DNA of 55,103 nt, counting the filler, from Catajapyx aquilonaris (lineage: Eukaryota): assembly GCA_000934665.2 (NCBI GenBank). It is 3 parts of 3 records of this genome, joined end to end, with 100 filler letters (N's around TTAATTAATTAA, not from the genome) between each part and the next. Parts side by side here need not be neighbours in the genome. Positions count along the whole stretch, not along the records: positions 36,889 to 55,103 come from JYFJ02006744.1; 2 more parts are not named here. One strand, given 5' to 3'. Of the stretch, positions 48,828 to 55,103 are shown in pieces (positions within the stretch are counted from its first letter, which is position 1; each line of letters opens with the position of its first letter). The notes under the pieces are model-generated. The model ran no database searches. It was not told the origin of the DNA and saw nothing but the letters and a program-made list of their open reading frames with translations. Position numbers and translations under genes: made by a program.

Positions 48828-51466
48828 GACTCCTTCTTGTCCCATCCAGTGATGCAGACTGAGGCAACATCAGAGCCGGCCATGCACCCACCAACCAGCA
48901 GCCACCAAAAACGGCCTCCTCCCTTCAGGCTCCTCTCTAGCCGGGGGCTGCCCAACTCCTGACCTTGCACCTGCCACTGGAATGCACGCCTCTTTTGCTT
49001 CTCTTCTTCTGGAGCCCTCCACAATAAGCAGTCCCTTTTTTGTGGCGTGTTGGTGGCGTCGACGATGTCTTCAGACACCTGTCACGCCACCGCTGACCTA
49101 TACCTCCCCATGGTTCGTTGGACCGGCTTTGTGCTCTGGCCACTGAAGAACCTGGGCTTGCACTTATTAGACATATGTTGTAATGTCAATCCAACCAAGA
49201 GCTCTTGATCCAACGGAGAAGAAAACAGGTGACAATCATTTCAAAGAACAATAAATTACTGGTTGGTGATACAGTTACCTGCGAAATATTTAGGTGGGAA
49301 ACTCGACGATTTGCGGATATCTTCCGAGTATAGCAAGTGTTGACAAATTTTGTGTGGGTGCTGCATCGTCTAAAAACAACCTAGGCGATAAAAATACCTG
49401 CAATTGACAGTCTGATTAGCAGTACGTGCATGAAAAGCGTTAATGTGTTTGTGCTGAGTTTACTACTTTTTCGGCTATTTAAAGTTGTGACTTTCATGCA
49501 TCCATTTTTGTTCATCTTCAAGGATCTTAGCAAGGTTTTGATGATCAATGATCGCGCCTCACGTACTATTTAACCTTGGCAAGGGAACCGCAATGGCTTA
49601 TTACATCATTTGTATTCGGTTACAATGTAATACTGTACATAAAAATAAAACTTTCTCGCGTGTTTCCTTGGTCACAATACAAACTCTGGTAATTAAGAGA
49701 CCTACCATTAACAACACGTGTTCATTACGGGACTTGTGAATTCTTTGCAATACAAATAGCACTTACATCACGGTCACATACAGTGGTACACCCGGCTGCG
49801 CAAAAAAGCAATAAAAAACACATTATATCCACACTTTTTCTCTACTACGAAAAATTGCCTTGAAGGTCGTTTCTTATAATATGGCGTTATGGCCTAGGCG
49901 AATAGCAACGAAACGATTGACTTTCTTCTTGACTGACAATGAGTGTGGTACCGTATATTGTGCACAATATTTCCGCTTCCCCAAATATGAATAATATTAA
50001 TAGCATCCTCTTTTTATTTTGACAGCCTCACAATGGATGAAATTCTTGCTTACAGGTGAGAAACAGGCATAAATGTATTGAACCATGGGGATTTTCGGTC
50101 AATGCTCTCACTATATTATTGCCGCGACAAAACAGCACACACTATCGTCGATTCTAAAGTAAAATGAGTCTATCATGAGACTATGCAAAGATGAAGTAGT
50201 TTTTAGTTTTATTTAAATAAATGGCACTTTCACATCAATTTTCTTAAAATTAGCGGATAACAGTTTAATGGGTATGGAAGAGTTTAATCAATCAGGTGGC
50301 ATTACAAGATTTACAGCTTGAGGATTATACAGTAATTACATGTACAATTACCTTCAATGTCCGATTAACTCAGTAGCGGTACTGGACAGTTTTAAAAAAA
50401 TCACCGGATGCCATTTTATTCTAAACAATAGGAACAAGGCAGTCCAGCAATACTGAGGAAAATTATTAGCACTGGATGCATCATTTTGCCTCGGGTCTAA
50501 TATGAGTCATCACATCACTTTGAATTACAGGCTCATTATAGTGGCAATAAAAAATTTCGGTCCATATGATCGCTTTCAAGCACGGCATCTCCTGAGTAAT
50601 TGAAGTGTGACGTGCGTCACTGCTCTGGAAATTCACCTAAATCCTCGTGGTTGGCACATTTTATAACAAAAATTGGGTTTCAACTGATGGATTTTTGAAG
50701 AGGCGCTTATTGCAGAAGAAGCTAGGAGTGACGAAATGACACTGACGGATACTATTACTATACTATCACAAGTCGCATAGAGCATGAAAATAGTCAACAA
50801 GAGCAACCAATGCAATGCAATGGTTAGAACGGATTAGAACATAACCGTGCTTGTGCAAACCACATAATTGTACATTGTATAGCCGCATAAGTTGCGACGT
50901 TTACAATGTTAAAATTTCGCCTTTATGTAATAATTTAGCAGAACATTCATTAAAACAGATAAATGTGTACTAATATGAATACTGCTCAATAATCACGTAA
51001 TGAATGTGCTTGCGAGGGAATAATAAATTACTCTGACAATATACTGAGCGAGTTTACTGCCTGAGAAAATCCCTGCAACATTAAAATAAATTCACCTGCT
51101 TTTATGCGAGAGACAGTTTATTAAAGTGAAATTCAGCCTATATAGCCTACTGAACGTAAATAAACATGATTGAAGAAAGCAATTAACCCGATGCAGAAAA
51201 CCCCCTAATTTGTTCTGGAAACCTAACAACTGTACAGGGGTTTCCTATGTGAAGTTTTCCAACCTCCTCCGAACATTCATGCAATAAATCCGCCAAAACG
51301 GGCCTCGCAGTGTCCAGAACTGCCGTTAATCTATCCACCTCGCAACACTACGTGGTCATCCGTCTACCTCTAGAGTACAGTATATCTATGTGACCAGCCC
51401 CTGGAGCAATGCAGTGAGAGGCTTCTTCCCGTTAGCATAAAATCTCTCCCTGCCAAGTACACAAGA

Positions 51467-52573
51467 TCAGTGAAGAGGTTGTGGCGCCCCTGCATCCGGG
51501 ACAAAAAGCCGGTTGAAGAAGATAGCCCCGGTGGCCGCCAAGTCCCACAGAGCATGCAAGTTGGACCGACGAGACAACGACGCGTACGACGGGCCATACC
51601 ACCAGCGTGCCAGAAGATGCACCAGGCTTTGTTGGGGTTGTTGTTGCAGAGGTTGTTCCCTTTGCTGCGGATGCTGAGGCTGCTGAAGCACTCCGACAAC
51701 CGTGTATCGATGTTGCTGGCTGTCGTCAGTGCTGGGGGTAGCGTTGGTGGAGTTGGTGGCTTTGGTCAGAACCTCTCGAATGACAGGGAGGACGTTGGTG
51801 GCCACGACTCGGACCATGCTGGCTAGTCGTTCCCACAGAGAAGGTGGAGGTCCAGGAATGGCTGGAGGTGGTGATGCTGGTGGTGATCGGCGTCGCCAGG
51901 GTCGGGTCACGACCTCTTGTGACCCTCTAGTAGGAGAGTGGGGAGGTCTAGCAGGAGAAGCTGATGCCATCTGATGGAGCTGAGAGTGTGCTACCACTGG
52001 CGTCTCTGAAACAGGACTCTATTCATGTTCTTCCGCCACTCCTATGCAGGTACATTGGTGGCAGTGGCACAAGCAAGGAATAGTAAAAACAAGTCAGAAA
52101 CTATGGTAACTAGATCAGTCGCATCGCGTCATGCTCTACTTTGCGATCATGATCTACTTGTCTCAAGTAGCACGTTACATCGCCGAAGAAAACCTGTTCC
52201 GGAAGTCATCCTGTGAGACGCAACCTCACACGCCTGGATCGCGGGTTGCATATATGGAAGGAATTTCCTTCCTTCCAGGAATTAAAAGTGGATCAGTTCC
52301 TTCATCCACATAAAAGTACCCACCTGCATAACCTTCTTGTCCTTGATATTTCGTTCCATCCTACCAGCACTTTTGGATATATTTTTTTGTTCCTATACAC
52401 ACAGTGAACATTATGCACCCTCCATGAATTGCAGACTACACTGTGCATGTACTGGACTACAGTATGTGGGGAAAAAACAGCACTAACAAAATATTGAACA
52501 TACCTCTACTTCCGGCGAGTGTAACTAGCACTAAGAGCAATACGCTAATCCAAATTAATCTGGAAGCCACCAT
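51467..52573 (-). CDS. Putative secreted orphan protein, ~202 aa, 2 exons (52573-52504, 52005-51467)
   Basis: Signal-peptide-like MVASRLIWISVLLLVLVTLAGSR G|GTATGT (phase 1) matches acceptor CTGTTTCAG|AG into the Pro/Gln-rich 176-aa ORF; intermediate exons not excluded. Confidence 0.6.
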
Positions 52574-53672
52574 TGTCGACACTGCAAGAAGTTACAAGGC
52601 TGACGAAACACGAGAGCAGTAAGTTGTCTACAACACGACTCGCTTGCAACTGGGTCTGCAGCAAGTCTGCATGTTATCTATATGGCCATTGCTTCTGCTC
52701 TTCTTTTTCTTCTTTTTTCTTCAGATTTCCCCTCCTCCCCATCTCGATTACAACCAGACCAGCTGGACTTCAATTCAAAAAGAAAAAGGAACCGTTAGTC
52801 CCTGCAAGGCTGCAACCAATACCTCATGACCTCATCAACACACCTGAGGTAAACATGGGGAGGGGGAAGGGGGTGGTAAATAAGTAAATGGGAGGGGAGG
52901 TTGTAATGGAGACAAGAATCGTTGGATAGGTTCGGCAGCAGACTCCTTCCGCATTATTGTCTCATCTTTTTTGATAACTCCCGACGAAACCTGCTCCCTT
53001 AGCACGAACGGCAAGCCGTTTGATTCGCTGTCAAGTAGGTGAGAGAGTTCATGGTATTCACAAGATTTGAGGGAGTCGCCCGGGATTCGCCAGCGCTGCT
53101 TCCCATCATTTAACAGCATTTTAAAATATTCAAACTGTGACGTGTATTGCCGAGTGATTGAAGCCGGAGGTATCGAGCATTATTGAAGGAATGGAATGTG
53201 ATAAATTCACCTCCGCTTGGGACACTTTTGAAATGCTCGGGGAAAAACGCGTAGACAAAAGGTGTAGTGTATAGCTTTCAAAACCGGATATGTAAAAGAT
53301 TTCAGCTGCGGAAGACAATTTGATCAGCATTGTTTCCCTTATATGTAGTTTTAAAATAAAATACTAAGAAATTATAAAGGTTTTAAAAAACCCGATACAG
53401 AGTTAGTAAAATGAAAGCAAGCCATTGAACCTGAAGTTATAACGTCTCTTGATATCATTCCCTTAAACTTAAACAATTGTGTGCTACCCTCCAATGGGTT
53501 GTCAGTGATGTAGGGGGAGAATGTTAATGCCACTGTTATTAATAAAGCATCACACGTTCACATCAATAAAACGAGTAACAATACATTATTAACAAGAACT
53601 ACTCGGAAAATGCAATAATCGAATAATCCCCCTATAATAATAGCCTTGTCTGGAACGCTCCAGATGTTGCTA

Positions 53673-53784
53673 CCTGAAGAAGTAGTGCCGTGACGAAAAA
53701 GGTGGCAGCACTCCCTTGGCGGCCTTTGACGGCGGCCAAGGGAGTGCTGCCACCTTTTGGTCAGTACGGCACTAATTCTTCAGG
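53673..53784. repeat. Near-perfect 112-bp hairpin
   Basis: CCTGAAGAAGTAGTGCCGT...AAAAGGTGGCAGCACTCCCTTGGC / GCCAAGGGAGTGCTGCCACCTTTT...ACGGCACTAATTCTTCAGG. Confidence 0.85.
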
Positions 53785-54180
53785 CGGCCACTTTCCCTTC
53801 CGTCATATAAGCTGCTACTTTCAGCCCCACTTTCTAACTATGCCGCCATCTTGGATCCGGATCTAGCATATTTTATGATTTTCAGCGGATAGCTTAGCTT
53901 AGAGTAAACCATTGCGACTTATTTGGAATTTGGCGGCGTAGCATGAACCTCCCGGAGCAAGCAAACAAGATATCAGCGGTGGGATCAGCAGGGGATTGGA
54001 GGTTGGCAAAGCCACAATAACGTCCGTTGGCCTCCGCCGCCACAAGACGGACAGTACTGTAAATGTTGCCGATACGAAACCCACAATAATCGTCCAGCTC
54101 CGCTTCCTCTCCGCATTACCTAAAAAATCCTGCAGGGCGACGAACCCTGCCTGGCGGGGCCACAACAGATGACAGTGGAG

Positions 54181-54426
54181 ATAATGGATACCCCGTGATA
54201 AGCCTCCTTCAGCTTTTTAGGGGATCATCTTTTAATTGACCGACTTTAATCATTGCCTTTGCTGTGATGGATTTTGATTGTGAGAGGAAACGGGAGAACC
54301 CCCGAGAAAACCCACGCGAACACGGAGAGAACCCATCGAAACTATATCCACATAAGCATATACTCTGTCCGATCCGGGGATCGAACTCGGGACCTTAGAG
54401 GTAACCACTCCGCCACCGTGTCGCCC
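54181..54426 (-). mobile_element. tRNA-derived V-domain-like SINE, family B, second copy
   Basis: Reverse complement of the 28018-28275 element with a deletion in the head; TSD AACAGAT(G/T)ACAGT. Confidence 0.88.
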
Positions 54427-54819
54427 AATAACAGATTACAGTATCATAAAGCCATACAGCATTATTACCTACACAAATGGCAACTCCATCCCTCATGTTG
54501 CCCCGTCACTCAAATATGACCGTATCAGCTATTATCAGCTATTATTATTAGCCTTAGGCCGGAATCGTGGCGGCTCGCGTAAGTCTGCAGGGGCATAAAT
54601 TGTGACGTAACTCCCATACGGACGACGGACGCCACCGTGGTGAAAAGTTACAGGAGGCGCGCGATTGAAAACATCCTGTAAATCCACGGGACGTCTCGAG
54701 ATTCCATAGGACTTATGGGAGTGTTGGCCCTGGGCTTTTTCAGGCCCCCAGGGAGTTTTGGTGGGGCAGGGTTTTCTTCAGGTTGCGGGGGAGAGTGCCC
54801 GGGGGAGGCATGGGGCTTG

Positions 54820-55103
54820 GGGCGGCCCCGGGGCGGCCCGGGGGCCTTTTAGGATGTGACTTTCGTCAGGTCGGATTTTACATCGCCTCACCAACCAAAT
54901 GCAATGAAATCATGTGGAGTGAGGACCGGGACGGATCGTGGCTGTGGGAGGACCGTGGCTAGGGCGGCCCCGGGGCGGCCCGGGGCCACTTTGAATGTGC
55001 GTTCTCAGTTCTGTAATGCCGGATTTATCATCACATCCCCAACCGAATGCAATGCAATGGTGTGGGGTGCACCCAGGGGCAGCCCGAGGGCCAGTTTGGA
55101 TGC
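54820..55103. repeat. GC-rich degenerate tandem repeat (~110-140-bp unit) running to the window end
   Basis: GGGCGGCCCCGGGGCGGCCCGGGG...CGGATTT...CCAACC(A/G)AATGCAATG recurs at ~54820 and ~54962, with a partial third start near 55075. Confidence 0.7.

Noticed and set aside
52120..52362. Insulin-like peptide from alternative exons (RRLC...QAC)
   Set aside because: Cys spacing does not fit a B chain, there is no A-chain CC motif, and the acceptors are weak.
1..55103. CRISPR array, operon or prokaryotic defence system
   Set aside because: No regularly spaced repeat-spacer array; gene structure is spliceosomal and eukaryotic throughout.

Overview
Eukaryotic genomic DNA, probably invertebrate/arthropod (intron-rich genes, tRNA-derived SINEs, Tc1/mariner and piggyBac-type elements); the species cannot be determined from sequence alone. 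Two identical 100-bp spacers (N44-TTAATTAATTAA-N44) split the window into three ~18-kb blocks that look like artificially concatenated contigs. Block 1 (1-18469) holds the first three coding exons of a Pro/His/Ser-rich, probably nuclear protein, with introns and flank full of MITEs, two Tc1 relics and SINEs; one Tc1 insertion is assembled in both its filled and empty form. Block 2 (18570-36788) holds a complete 6-exon, kinase-domain-only, divergent HIPK/DYRK-like gene (- strand) head-to-head with a complete 10-exon MGAT1 (GlcNAc-transferase I) gene. Block 3 (36889-55103) holds a 7-exon secreted ~982-aa protein whose single CUB domain appears interrupted by an ~840-residue acidic, cysteine-free insert, a probable 2-exon secreted orphan gene, and further SINEs and hairpin elements. 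All exon models were built by hand from GT-AG sites and frame continuity; no searches were run.
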